This document shows positions 50,111 to 60,129 of a stretch of DNA of 64,000 bases, piece by piece. The notes under the pieces were generated by a model. It searched no databases, was not told where the DNA came from, and saw only the letters and a program-made list of their open reading frames with translations. The stretch's first letter is position 1. Each line of letters starts with the position of its first letter. Source of the stretch: a virus; IMG/VR virus record IMGVR_UViG_3300022562_001814, positions 96,001-160,000 of that record; one strand, given 5' to 3'. The position numbers and the translations under genes are program-made.

Positions 50111-50737
50111 ATGAGTATCGATGAAGCTCAAGATTTGATGAAACAATTAATTAAATATCGTGAAAAGGCAAATAAAACAAAAGCATCAAAAGATGTTCGT
50201 AGTTTTAAAAATCATGAACGTCTTTGTATTGAAAAATTTAAATATTTAGTAATGGGTAAAGTGGCTAAATATAGAAATTTTAGTAATTATGAGGACTTAG
50301 TGCAAGATGGTTTAGAAGCTTTAACGAAAGCAATGAGAAATTATAATCCAGAAAAAGGTATTTTTTTCTGGTGGGCTCATAAATATATTGATACTTGTAT
50401 AGCGCGTCGCGCTAATTTACATACAACTATTAGGTTTCCTTTAAAATATGCTAAAAAAGTTGCCCCTCATAGAGAATCCGTTTTACCCGTATTAATTGAT
50501 CAGTTATCCGGACCTCATGATATTTTAGAACGAAATGAAGCATTGAGAGCGGTTAATAAGAATTTTTCTAATTTATCCACAAATCAAAAGAAAGTTGTTC
50601 AGATGCTATTTGGTATAGATAATGAACAACCACAATCTATTTCAAAAGTTTGTCAACGTTTACGTATTTCTAGGCCGACTTGTGTGAAATTATTAGATCA
50701 AGTTTTTACTATTTTAAGAAAAAACGTTCAGTTGTAA
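50111..50737 (+). CDS. Sigma-70 family RNA polymerase sigma factor
   Basis: Region 2 YEDLVQDGLEALTKAMRNYNPEKG.FFWWA; region 4 LSTNQKKVVQMLFGI...SISKVCQRLRISR. Confidence 0.85.
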   Translation: MSIDEAQDLMKQLIKYREKANKTKASKDVRSFKNHERLCIEKFKYLVMGKVAKYRNFSNYEDLVQDGLEALTKAMRNYNPEKGIFFWWAHKYIDTCIARRANLHTTIRFPLKYAKKVAPHRESVLPVLIDQLSGPHDILERNEALRAVNKNFSNLSTNQKKVVQMLFGIDNEQPQSISKVCQRLRISRPTCVKLLDQVFTILRKNVQL

Positions 50738-50823
50738 ATTGAATTGAAACTAAATAAATTGTTACACACTTTATAAATTAAAGTGACAGGATTTTTTTAC
50801 CCAAATTATCGATAAGAGAGACT

Positions 50824-51789
50824 ATGCCTTTATTAACACCGCGTCCTACATATGCCCCTTTTGAATATGAGCAAGCATACAAATATTGGGAATTGCAACA
50901 ACAATCACACTGGTTACCAAGTGAGGTAAGCATGTCATCCGATATTAATGATTGGAAAATGAATTTAACTGACACAGAGCGAAATTTAATCGGTCATATT
51001 TTAAAAGGATTTACTCAATCAGAGGTATTTATTCAAGAGTATTGGGGGCAAATGATTGGAAAATGGTTCAAAAAACCTGAAATACAAATGATGGCAGCCA
51101 CATTTTCGGCATTTGAAAGCATACATGCCGTTGCTTATGCATTATTAAATCAATCACTTGGGTTGGAAGATTTTGATGCTTTTTTGCACGAACCAAGCGC
51201 TAAAGCAAAGATTGATCGTTTAATTAATACCAAAGGCAAAACCAAAGAAGATATAGCTCGCAGTTTGGCTGTATTTTCTGCATTTAATGAAGGCGTTAAT
51301 TTATTCAGTAGTTTTGCCGTTCTGCTAAATTTTTCCAGATTTAATAAACTTAAAGGAATTAGTCAAATTATTGCTTGGAGCATTCGTGATGAAAGCCTTC
51401 ATTCAGAGGCTGGGTGTTGGTTATTTAAGACTTTAATTTCAGAATATCCCGATATCTGGACAGATGAATTAAAAAAAGATATTTATGATGCTGCTCGGAT
51501 TACAATAGAATTAGAAGATGCATTTATTTCTAAAGCCTTTTCTTTTGGAGAAATAGAAGGAATAACAGAAGCAGAATTGAAAAATTTTATTAGATTTAGA
51601 GCTAACACCAAATTAGAAGATTTAGGATTAAAAAAGAATTGGAAAAATATAGACAAACAATTATTAGATAAAATGGGTTGGTTTGATGTTTTATCAAGCG
51701 GGGTGGCAATGCAAGATTTTTTTGCCGGAAGAGTAGCGGATTATTCTAAAGGAACAATTGATTTTAGTATGATTTGGGATGATAAATGA
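50824..51789 (+). CDS. nrdB: Class I ribonucleotide reductase beta subunit
   Basis: HWLPSEV, ESIHAVAY, EGVNLFSSF, RDESLH, QDFFA. Confidence 0.92.
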   Translation: MPLLTPRPTYAPFEYEQAYKYWELQQQSHWLPSEVSMSSDINDWKMNLTDTERNLIGHILKGFTQSEVFIQEYWGQMIGKWFKKPEIQMMAATFSAFESIHAVAYALLNQSLGLEDFDAFLHEPSAKAKIDRLINTKGKTKEDIARSLAVFSAFNEGVNLFSSFAVLLNFSRFNKLKGISQIIAWSIRDESLHSEAGCWLFKTLISEYPDIWTDELKKDIYDAARITIELEDAFISKAFSFGEIEGITEAELKNFIRFRANTKLEDLGLKKNWKNIDKQLLDKMGWFDVLSSGVAMQDFFAGRVADYSKGTIDFSMIWDDK

Positions 51790-52478
51790 AGAAATGCACA
51801 AAATGCAATATATCTAAATCATTGGATTATTTTACAAAAAGGAAATCCAACAAAGACGGTTTAATGTATATATGTAAAGATTGTAGAAGATTTCAACGAC
51901 AACAGCTTAGGCTTAAAAATATAGAGGCGTGTAGAGAAAAAGATAAAGAATATTATCAAAAGAATAAAGAAAAAATAAAATTAGAAAAAAAACAATATAG
52001 GGAAGAAAATAAAGAAAAATTACGCACAAATCGAAAATCAGAAGAAAATCGAAAAAAAAGAAGAATTAAAAAGAAAATAATGAAAGAAAATAATCCTCTT
52101 TTTAAATTAAGGGATAGAATTTCTAACGCCATATATCAAGCTTTAAAAATAAAAAACGGACACAAAAATAAGAAATCTATTTTAAAATTTTTACCATATA
52201 CTATTCAAGAGTTAAAGTATCATTTGGAATTTCAATTTGAACCTTGGATGAATTGGAATAATCACGGCATATATGATAATTTAAATTGGGACGATAATAA
52301 TCCATTAACGTGGAAATGGCAAATTGATCATATCATCCCGCACTCAACATTTAAATATGTATCAATGGAAAGTGATGATTTTAAAAAATGCTGGGCATTA
52401 GAAAATTTAAGACCATATTCTGCTAAACAGAATATTATGGATGGTGTAAGTAGAATAAGACATGTGGGTGATTTATGA
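51786..52478 (+). CDS. Free-standing HNH homing endonuclease between nrdB and nrdA
   Basis: MKKCTKC...CKDC and ELKYHLEFQFEPWMNWNNHG...WQIDHIIP...CWALENLRPYSAK. Confidence 0.8.
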   Translation: MKKCTKCNISKSLDYFTKRKSNKDGLMYICKDCRRFQRQQLRLKNIEACREKDKEYYQKNKEKIKLEKKQYREENKEKLRTNRKSEENRKKRRIKKKIMKENNPLFKLRDRISNAIYQALKIKNGHKNKKSILKFLPYTIQELKYHLEFQFEPWMNWNNHGIYDNLNWDDNNPLTWKWQIDHIIPHSTFKYVSMESDDFKKCWALENLRPYSAKQNIMDGVSRIRHVGDL

Positions 52479-54172
52479 AAAATTTTAAAGAATTAAAAGA
52501 GGCTTTAGAAATTCCAAAATGGATGGATGAAAATGGGTTTAAGACATTATCTAACGGGTATTTGTTAGAAAATGAAACCCCAAAAGAGATGTATAAAAGA
52601 GTATCAAAAGCATGCGCATCATATTATACAGATGCTGGTAAATGGGAAGAAAAATTTTTCAATGTTTTATGGAATAATTGGGTCGGGGTCGCTTCACCCA
52701 TATTATCCAATATGGGCACAAAACGTGGTTTACCAATTTCATGCAACTCAATTCATATTGCTGATAGTATTGATAATATTTTTATAAAAAATCATGAATT
52801 GGCCATGCTATCTAAACATGGCGCTGGTGTTGGGATATATATCGGAGATATTCGTGCAAGGGGGGCCAATATTAATGGTAATGGTTTTTCTGATGGTGTT
52901 ATAGGTTGGTGTAAAAATTATGATAGTACAATTGTTAGTGTATCTCAGGGTTCAACTAGACGCGGCGCAGCAGCTGTTTATCTACCAATAGATCATGGTG
53001 ATATAGATGAATTTTTAAATTTACGTAGACCAACTGGTGATCTTAATAGGCGTTGTCAAAATCTTAACCATGGTGTATGCATTGATGATGGTTGGATGAA
53101 AGCAATGTTGTCCGGAGATAAGGAAAAAAGACAACGCTGGCAATCTTTACTTTTGAATCGTATTGAAACGGGAGAGCCTTATATATTTTTTACTGATAAT
53201 GTTAATAATCAAAATCCAGAATGTTATATATCAAATAAGTTAGATGTAAAAACCTCTAATATTTGTACTGAAATATTTTTATATACTGACCCAGAGCATT
53301 CTTTTGTTTGTTGTTTATCATCATTAAATTTAACAAAATGGGATGAATGGAAAGATACTGATACTGTTGAAGTAATAACGCGATTTTTAGACGCCGTTAT
53401 ACAAGAATATATAGTTAAATCAGAGGGAATCCCGGGATTAGAGTGCTCACGTCGTTCTGCTATTAAGGGTCGAGCAATTGGTATTGGTGTTTTAGGTTGG
53501 CACACACTATTGCAACAAAATATGATACCTTTTGATAGCTTTGAAGCTATGCGGCTTAATAATGAAATATTTAAAACTATAAGAGAAAGGGCAGAAAAAG
53601 AAACAGCTATTCTTGCAAAAGAATTGGGTGAGCCAGAATGGTGCAAGGGGCACAATAGACGCAATAGTCATTTACTAGCTGTGGCCCCTACGGTTTCTAA
53701 TTCACTTATTTCTGGTGGATATAGCCCTGGTATTGAACCTATTGCGGCTAATATTTATTCACAAAAATCCGCCAAAGGCACTTTTATTAGAAAAAATCCA
53801 ACTCTCGAACAACTATTAGAAAAAAAAGAAAAGAATACAATCGAAGTTTGGAAATCAATCAATGAAAAAACCGGTAGTGTTCAGCATCTTAATTTTCTAA
53901 CTAAAGAAGAAAAAGAAGTATTTCTTACCGCTCGGGAAATAAATCAACACGCAATTATAAAGCAAGCCGCCCAGCGTCAACGTTGGATTGATCAGGGGCA
54001 ATCCGTTAATCTATTTTTTGCTTCCAATTCTGATCCTAAATACATACACGAAGTGCATATTGCAGCCTGGGAAAGCGGATTAAAAACATTATATTATTGT
54101 AGATCCGAAGGTGTTATCAGGGGCGATTTAGCATCACGTTCCAAAGAAGAGTGTAGCGCTTGTGAAGGATAA
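52475..54172 (+). CDS. nrdA: Class I ribonucleotide reductase alpha subunit (short, no ATP cone)
   Basis: GLPISC, SQGSTRRGA, GEPY, SNICTE, VCCLSS, APTVS, IDQGQS, KTLYY, C-terminal CSACEG. Confidence 0.92.
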   Translation: MKNFKELKEALEIPKWMDENGFKTLSNGYLLENETPKEMYKRVSKACASYYTDAGKWEEKFFNVLWNNWVGVASPILSNMGTKRGLPISCNSIHIADSIDNIFIKNHELAMLSKHGAGVGIYIGDIRARGANINGNGFSDGVIGWCKNYDSTIVSVSQGSTRRGAAAVYLPIDHGDIDEFLNLRRPTGDLNRRCQNLNHGVCIDDGWMKAMLSGDKEKRQRWQSLLLNRIETGEPYIFFTDNVNNQNPECYISNKLDVKTSNICTEIFLYTDPEHSFVCCLSSLNLTKWDEWKDTDTVEVITRFLDAVIQEYIVKSEGIPGLECSRRSAIKGRAIGIGVLGWHTLLQQNMIPFDSFEAMRLNNEIFKTIRERAEKETAILAKELGEPEWCKGHNRRNSHLLAVAPTVSNSLISGGYSPGIEPIAANIYSQKSAKGTFIRKNPTLEQLLEKKEKNTIEVWKSINEKTGSVQHLNFLTKEEKEVFLTAREINQHAIIKQAAQRQRWIDQGQSVNLFFASNSDPKYIHEVHIAAWESGLKTLYYCRSEGVIRGDLASRSKEECSACEG

Positions 54173-54196
54173 TTTCATATTTTTGCATTTTAGGGT

Positions 54197-54556
54197 ATGG
54201 AATATACAATTTTGCTAGATAAAAACGCTAAAATTAGAGAAATTGAAGCGGAAGAACAGACTAGATTTGTAGTTTCAATAATAGAGGCTTTAGAAATTCC
54301 ATTCGAATGGGATTCTAATCAAACATTTACAATATTAGATAAAGTTAGATTGAGAAAACTTTTAAATCAATATAATATATCGGTTATAGATGATATGGAG
54401 GGAGGTTTAAAAATATTTTTAGAACGTGAGCTAATTGCTGAATGGAAAAAACCATTTTATGTTCTCAGAGAGGATCCATCCCAAATAGATCCTAAAAAAA
54501 AGTTGTATATTGAAATGAAATGTTCATTTTCAAGTATGTTTGAAAATGAAACTTAA
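54197..54556 (+). CDS. Hypothetical protein
   Basis: 119-aa ORF with a plausible SD (AGGG). Confidence 0.6.
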   Translation: MEYTILLDKNAKIREIEAEEQTRFVVSIIEALEIPFEWDSNQTFTILDKVRLRKLLNQYNISVIDDMEGGLKIFLERELIAEWKKPFYVLREDPSQIDPKKKLYIEMKCSFSSMFENET

Positions 54557-54569
54557 CATCGGAATTAAT

Positions 54570-55913
54570 GTGAACAAAATTTATATACTTGATACTTCAA
54601 CAATAATTTATCATCCATTTTGTTATAAAAGTTTTAAAAAAAATACGGTAGTTATACCTGTTCCAGTTTTAGAAGAATTGGATAAGTTAAAATCTTATCA
54701 CGATGAAACTGGAAAAAATGCGAGAACTTTTATTAGATTATTAGATAATCTTATTAAAACTTCAAAAGAAGAAATTCATTCGGGAATTAAAATTGAAGAT
54801 GATATAATTTTAAAAATTGAAACTAATATTCATTTTAATGAAGATTTTGGTTCACCTTTATATGGTGATAATAGAATTTTATCTTATGTATCACACGCAA
54901 CTAAATCCAGCAAATCTAAAAAAGCAATTTTAGTTAGCAAAGATATTGGATTAAGGGTAAGAGCAAGATCGTATGGGTTATTGGCAGAAGATTATATTAA
55001 AGACAATTATAATATCAATGATGTTCCAACCAATCATAAATATTTATCTATTGATGAATTAGAAATTAACGATTATTATAAATATAATATATTAGATGTA
55101 TCTGATGAGATAATTAATAAATTGCAATTAAAAGCAAATGATTTTGTTTCATTAAAAGATCCATCAGGTCAAGAAATTGGGCACACTCGATATTTTGCTC
55201 AAAATAAATCATTAAAACCGGTAAATAGGATTAAAAATATATTTGGTATTAATGCTAAGAATTTAGAGCAACAATTTGCTATAGATTTATTGTTGGATAA
55301 TGATGTTAAATTGGTTATGTTGTCCGGACCCAGTGGAACCGGTAAAAGCCTTCTCACCATAGCTACAGGGCTTTATAATTTAATGGAGAGGACTGATAAG
55401 AAATATGAAAAATTAATGATTATGAAACCAATAATAAGCGTTGGTAAAGATCTTGGTATTCTTCCAGGATCGAAGGAAGAAAAGTTAAGCCCGTATTTGG
55501 CGTCTTATTATGATAATATTAATTTCTTAATGAAAAATTCTAAACAGTCTAGAAATAATAAGATGGGTAATATGGACCCATATCTTTCTTTAATGATGGA
55601 AAATGGTATGATTGAAATAGAAGCAATTTCTTATCTTCGTGGTAGATCGTTACCCAATTCTTTTATTATTATAGATGAAATTCAAAATAGCTCAATGCAT
55701 GAATTAAAAACTATATTAACTAGAATAGGAGAGGGTTCAAAAATTGTATTAATTGGTGATGAATCACAAATTGATAATATGAGTTTATCTTTTGGTTCCA
55801 ATGCATTGGCTACAGCTGTTAATAAATTCGTGAATCATCCGATAGCAGGACATGTATTATTAACAAAAGGTGAAAGAAGCGAATTGGCGACTTTAGCTGC
55901 TAAAATTTTATAA
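54570..55913 (+). CDS. phoH: PIN-PhoH (PhoH2-like) protein
   Basis: PIN domain: YILDTS, VLEELDKLK, DNRIL, LVSKD. PhoH domain: GPSGTGKS, LGILPG, YLRGRS, DEIQN, TRIGEGSK, GDESQID, ERSELA. The GTG at 54570 is the likely start. Confidence 0.88.
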   Translation: MNKIYILDTSTIIYHPFCYKSFKKNTVVIPVPVLEELDKLKSYHDETGKNARTFIRLLDNLIKTSKEEIHSGIKIEDDIILKIETNIHFNEDFGSPLYGDNRILSYVSHATKSSKSKKAILVSKDIGLRVRARSYGLLAEDYIKDNYNINDVPTNHKYLSIDELEINDYYKYNILDVSDEIINKLQLKANDFVSLKDPSGQEIGHTRYFAQNKSLKPVNRIKNIFGINAKNLEQQFAIDLLLDNDVKLVMLSGPSGTGKSLLTIATGLYNLMERTDKKYEKLMIMKPIISVGKDLGILPGSKEEKLSPYLASYYDNINFLMKNSKQSRNNKMGNMDPYLSLMMENGMIEIEAISYLRGRSLPNSFIIIDEIQNSSMHELKTILTRIGEGSKIVLIGDESQIDNMSLSFGSNALATAVNKFVNHPIAGHVLLTKGERSELATLAAKIL

Positions 55914-55955
55914 ATTTATATACTTGATGATATATATTGACGCAAGAGGAAAAAA

Positions 55956-56204
55956 ATGGCAGGTCAAGATACAGTAAAAGAATATTTATCAGAACAAGAT
56001 AAACATGCCTTAGATTTAGTAAAAATGAAAAGAGCTTTAGCTTTAGCTAATGCGGAAAAGGCTTTGGCTCAAAATGAAAGTGCTGAATTAGCTTATAATA
56101 ATTTAGTCTTACAAATTTCTTTTAAATATGGTTTAAAAGAAAAAGACTTAATTAATGAACAAGGCGAAATTATTCGTTCCCAGAATCAAGAATCTGTTGA
56201 ATAA
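55956..56204 (+). CDS. Hypothetical coiled-coil protein
   Basis: GAGG SD; preceded by GATATATA at 55929-55936. Confidence 0.65.
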   Translation: MAGQDTVKEYLSEQDKHALDLVKMKRALALANAEKALAQNESAELAYNNLVLQISFKYGLKEKDLINEQGEIIRSQNQESVE

Positions 56205-56221
56205 TAAATAAAGGATTTATA

Positions 56222-56434
56222 ATGAAAGTTCAAGATATATCCGCATTGATAGCGGTACGGGAATTTACTTTTCGTTCCATAGATAATATTTTAATTAAAA
56301 TGTCAAAAGAAGAAGTGGCATTGCTTCAACGAAAATTGTCTTTAATGGATCAAAAAATTATTGAAGGTATAATTAAATTAAATTTAGATTCTTTGCAAGA
56401 AAAAGAAAATTTAAAAAATGAGAATTCAAAATAA
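56222..56434 (+). CDS. Hypothetical protein
   Basis: AAGGA SD; 70 aa. Confidence 0.6.
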   Translation: MKVQDISALIAVREFTFRSIDNILIKMSKEEVALLQRKLSLMDQKIIEGIIKLNLDSLQEKENLKNENSK

Positions 56435-57221
56435 TTCTGAAAAATTACAAAACCATTTTGTTCATTTACACGATGATGATTGGTTAAATAAACAGCGTGT
56501 TGCAGGACATTGTTGGTATGAGGTTTTTTCGTTATTATTAGATTTTATTAAAAATGAAAAAGAATTTACTCTAAAAGAATTAGATGATTTTGGTGGTAAT
56601 GAAATCAGAAAACGTGATTGCATCCCTACCTTTTTGAATTATCGCGGGTTCCCAAATAATTTATGTTTATCTGTTAATAAGGAATTGGTGCATGGCATTG
56701 GCAATAAATATAAATTACAATCTGGCGATTTATTGAGTATTGATTTTGGCGCTACCTATAAGGGGGCGATTGCCGATGCGGCGTCCACCATTATTTATGG
56801 TGAACCAAAATCAGAAGAACATATTAAATTAATTCAAACAACAAAAGAATGTTTAAAGAATGCAATTAATATAATTAAACCGGAAGTTCGTATAGGTGCG
56901 ATTGGGCATGCAATTTATCGAACGGCTAAAAAACAGGGATTTAATGTTATAAATAATTTTGGTGGACATTCATTAGATTGGAATCGTCCTCACGCTTTTC
57001 TATTTATTCCTAATAGATCAGAGCCAGATGATGGAATAATGATACAGTCAGGTTTAACATTAGCTATAGAGCCTTTATTAGTGCCCGGTAATTGTAGTAC
57101 AAAACATAAACTCGAACCAGATGGTTGGACAATTAAAACAGATGAAATTGGTGCTCACGAAGAGGCAACAATTTTTGTGCATCAAGATAAAGTAGAAATA
57201 ATTGCCGGATTGATAGATTAA
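56418..57221 (+). CDS. map: Methionine aminopeptidase, type I
   Basis: FLNYRGFP, SVNKELVHG, and the metal ligands in SIDFG, IADAA, GGHS, AIEP, HEE. Confidence 0.9.
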   Translation: MRIQNNSEKLQNHFVHLHDDDWLNKQRVAGHCWYEVFSLLLDFIKNEKEFTLKELDDFGGNEIRKRDCIPTFLNYRGFPNNLCLSVNKELVHGIGNKYKLQSGDLLSIDFGATYKGAIADAASTIIYGEPKSEEHIKLIQTTKECLKNAINIIKPEVRIGAIGHAIYRTAKKQGFNVINNFGGHSLDWNRPHAFLFIPNRSEPDDGIMIQSGLTLAIEPLLVPGNCSTKHKLEPDGWTIKTDEIGAHEEATIFVHQDKVEIIAGLID

Positions 57222-57229
57222 GGTATTAA

Positions 57230-57409
57230 ATGGGTAAAACTGATGCTAAAATTATAACAATTGATGATCAAATATTAATAACTGAATACGATGATTGGGA
57301 TCAGGCATTCAAATATTTATTAGAATTCACACAAAATATTCATTATAAATCAGCCACATTAATTGATGTAGAAACAGGAAACGAAGTAGTTTCATTAAGA
57401 AAATTATAA
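57230..57409 (+). CDS. Small hypothetical protein (59 aa, below the track cutoff)
   Basis: AAGGT SD; MGKTDAKIITIDDQILITEYDDWDQAFKYLLEF...VSLRKL. Confidence 0.55.
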   Translation: MGKTDAKIITIDDQILITEYDDWDQAFKYLLEFTQNIHYKSATLIDVETGNEVVSLRKL

Positions 57410-57413
57410 TAAA

Positions 57414-57587
57414 ATGAAAATAACATTTGAAGATAACAGTTATATAGAAGTTGTAAAATCTAACGCTCCTAATAAAGTATTTGTTACTGTTGCGGCTAAA
57501 AGTATAGAGAATTCTAAAAAATTGATAATTAATTGTGTTGAACTCACAACAGAACAATTATTGGCTTTATTTAAATCTAGTTCATAA
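57414..57587 (+). CDS. Small hypothetical protein (57 aa, below the track cutoff)
   Basis: MKITFEDNSYIEVVKSNAPNKVFVTVAAKS...LFKSSS. Confidence 0.55.
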   Translation: MKITFEDNSYIEVVKSNAPNKVFVTVAAKSIENSKKLIINCVELTTEQLLALFKSSS

Positions 57588-57600
57588 TTATTTATAATTA

Positions 57601-57631
57601 TTGACGATTTAATGGGCGATTAAACGGTCAA
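57601..57631 (+). terminator. Stem-loop at the boundary between the metabolic and fibre modules
   Basis: TTGAC..TTTAAT pairs with ATTAAA..GTCAA. There is no clear U-tract, so the function is uncertain. Confidence 0.35.
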
Positions 57632-57650
57632 ATATTTGGCATATTAATAA

Positions 57651-60083
57651 ATGGCTTCTCGTTACCCTGCCCAAATAGATTCATCTTCTAATTTGCCTAC
57701 TATTGTGGATAATTTTACGCCAGTTTCGGCTGTTGCGGTAAATAATTTACGTGATGCTATAATTAATGTTCAAACAGAATTAGGTATAAAACCAAGCGGT
57801 ACATCTGGCACCTTAAAATCAAGATTAGATCAAAGTGATATTTTAGTTGCCGGGGCAGTAACTGATAGTTTAACGGCTCTAACCGCTGTTAACAACATTC
57901 TTGCTAATGGTGTAGACAAAATAAATGGTGCTACGGTTCCTATTGCCGGTTCTTTAGTAGTAGGCACCGTATTGCGTGTCATTGGAACCAGTGCTCTTGA
58001 CTATGGGGCAGTAGATTTAGCTAATGTTTCGGCAGTTACTGGAATTTTACCCGCTATTAATCAAGCTAATCAAACTTTAGGATTAGACTTATCCGGCACC
58101 ACTGATGCTGCAGCTGTAGAAGCGTTAACAGGAAATTCTAACATTGTAATTATAAGATCAACTGCCAAAATATTACAGTGGGAAGCGAGTACGGTAACAC
58201 CAACAATTACTCAGGCAGATAAAACAATTGCCAGTGATACTGGCGAAAGTTTAATTATTCATGCACAAAATGAAACCGGAACTACATCTACTGGTGGGGC
58301 GATAATATTACAGTCTGGCACAGGCACTAGTGCTGACGGTTATATATCAATGTATACGGGCAGTAATGTTCGGTTTACAGTAAATGCTACGGGTATAATC
58401 ACGATTACTAATTTAGGCACAGGAATCGTGCATGCAGATTCATCCGGCAATTTAACAAGCAGTGAAATTGTCAATGCGGATGTGTCTGCAACAGCTGCTA
58501 TTGTTGGTACGAAAATTACACCTAATTTTGGTTCACAGGCAATTACTACTTCAAGCTCACTATCTGCAAATGATATTTCTGCAACCACTACAATTAGTGG
58601 TAATGCTTTATCAGCCACCACTTCTCTAACTGCTGCCACAGCGGATATTACTACATCGGTGGAAATTGGCACCACTCCTTCAACAACAGGAACTATTAGA
58701 TTAGCTAGTGGGTTTTCTATAGAAAGTAGAGATAATGGTGATACTGCAAATTTAACAGCATTAACTTCTAATGCTTCTGATGAATTATTTTTGGGCACCG
58801 ATTCATCTTACACAAGCGCTTTTCAATATGCTAATGTACGTATTTATCCTTCTGGTAGTGTTTTATTAGGCAAGGGTTCTACAACTTATGCCCAATTAGG
58901 CGCCGCCGCATCTGATTTCATTGCGTTAGGTGCAACCCCTGCAACTACAGGATTTATACGAATTCCTTATAATGGGGGTTCTGCGGTTCCCATAATAGTA
59001 GGTAAGGCTGCAGACACTTCTGATAATGCTTTTCTTACATATGGTTCAGGAAATCAATGGTATATTGGTGCTACAACATATACTCATAATATATTTTTAA
59101 ACGCTATTTCTATACAAAACGTTGCAAATGGTGGAACTTATACTAATTATCATACCGGCGGGTTTGATGTTTATAATTATACTAATGCAGCATATGATTA
59201 TAGAATTAATTCCACCGGATTTAATTTAGTTACAAAACCTGGCGGTCGCGCAGCTGATAAAAAAAATATAGGTTTAAGATTAACCTTAACAACTGGAACC
59301 CCGGTCACAACATCAGATGTTACTGCAGCTAGTACATTGTATTTGACACCTTATTTATCTCAACAAATTGCATTATTTGACGGAACTGATTGGTGGGAAT
59401 ATCAAACAACAGAAATTTCCTTATCTTTGTCTAGTTTAACTAGTGGTAAAAATTATGATGTTTTTGCTTATTGGACCGGCTCTGTTGTAGCATTAGAATT
59501 ATCTGCTGCATGGAGTACCGATACAGCACGTACGGACGCATTAACAACACAAGATGGTGTTTTGGTTAAATCAGGTGTAACAACACGTAGATATTTGGGT
59601 ACAATTCGTACAACAAGTACTACTACAACAGAAGATAGTTATGCAAAGCGTTTTGTTTGGAATTATTATAACCGTACACGTCGTCCTATGAAAGTTATAG
59701 AATCAGCGAATAGCTGGACGTATAGCGGAGTAGCACGACCATACAACAACAATACCGCAAATGCTATTGCATATGTGTGTGGGGAGATAATTCACGTTCA
59801 CGCATCTGCACGTGGAATGGCATTTTACACGGCAGCTAACTGGGGCGCCGCAGTAGATATAGGGGTAGATTCTACCTCGACTGGAAGTGCGATCACGAAG
59901 ACGGGAGGGTACACTTTAGCCAGCGCTTATAATTGGCCTGAGGCAGAATATCATGGGGCTCCGGGTCTTGGATATCATAATCTAACTATGTTGGAAAGAA
60001 GTGGGAATAGTGTCAATTTTTACGGAGATAATAATGATCCAACTTATTTTCAAGCAGGCATCATAGGAACCGTATTCGGATAA
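57651..60083 (+). CDS. Fibre / virion decoration protein, YPxxID-anchor family member 1
   Basis: Conserved N-terminus YPAQIDS...NNLRDAIINVQTELGIKPSG; Thr/Ser/Gly-rich beta repeats; C-terminal fibre-tip-like domain (RRYLGTIRT). Confidence 0.7.
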   Translation: MASRYPAQIDSSSNLPTIVDNFTPVSAVAVNNLRDAIINVQTELGIKPSGTSGTLKSRLDQSDILVAGAVTDSLTALTAVNNILANGVDKINGATVPIAGSLVVGTVLRVIGTSALDYGAVDLANVSAVTGILPAINQANQTLGLDLSGTTDAAAVEALTGNSNIVIIRSTAKILQWEASTVTPTITQADKTIASDTGESLIIHAQNETGTTSTGGAIILQSGTGTSADGYISMYTGSNVRFTVNATGIITITNLGTGIVHADSSGNLTSSEIVNADVSATAAIVGTKITPNFGSQAITTSSSLSANDISATTTISGNALSATTSLTAATADITTSVEIGTTPSTTGTIRLASGFSIESRDNGDTANLTALTSNASDELFLGTDSSYTSAFQYANVRIYPSGSVLLGKGSTTYAQLGAAASDFIALGATPATTGFIRIPYNGGSAVPIIVGKAADTSDNAFLTYGSGNQWYIGATTYTHNIFLNAISIQNVANGGTYTNYHTGGFDVYNYTNAAYDYRINSTGFNLVTKPGGRAADKKNIGLRLTLTTGTPVTTSDVTAASTLYLTPYLSQQIALFDGTDWWEYQTTEISLSLSSLTSGKNYDVFAYWTGSVVALELSAAWSTDTARTDALTTQDGVLVKSGVTTRRYLGTIRTTSTTTTEDSYAKRFVWNYYNRTRRPMKVIESANSWTYSGVARPYNNNTANAIAYVCGEIIHVHASARGMAFYTAANWGAAVDIGVDSTSTGSAITKTGGYTLASAYNWPEAEYHGAPGLGYHNLTMLERSGNSVNFYGDNNDPTYFQAGIIGTVFG

Positions 60084-60129
60084 TAAAATGAAACAAACAA
60101 GAATAAATTAATATAACAATGGAATTTAA

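Noticed and set aside
50824-54172. Group I intron or intein in nrdA/nrdB
   Set aside because: Both genes are continuous and of normal or short length. The HNH gene lies between them, not inside.
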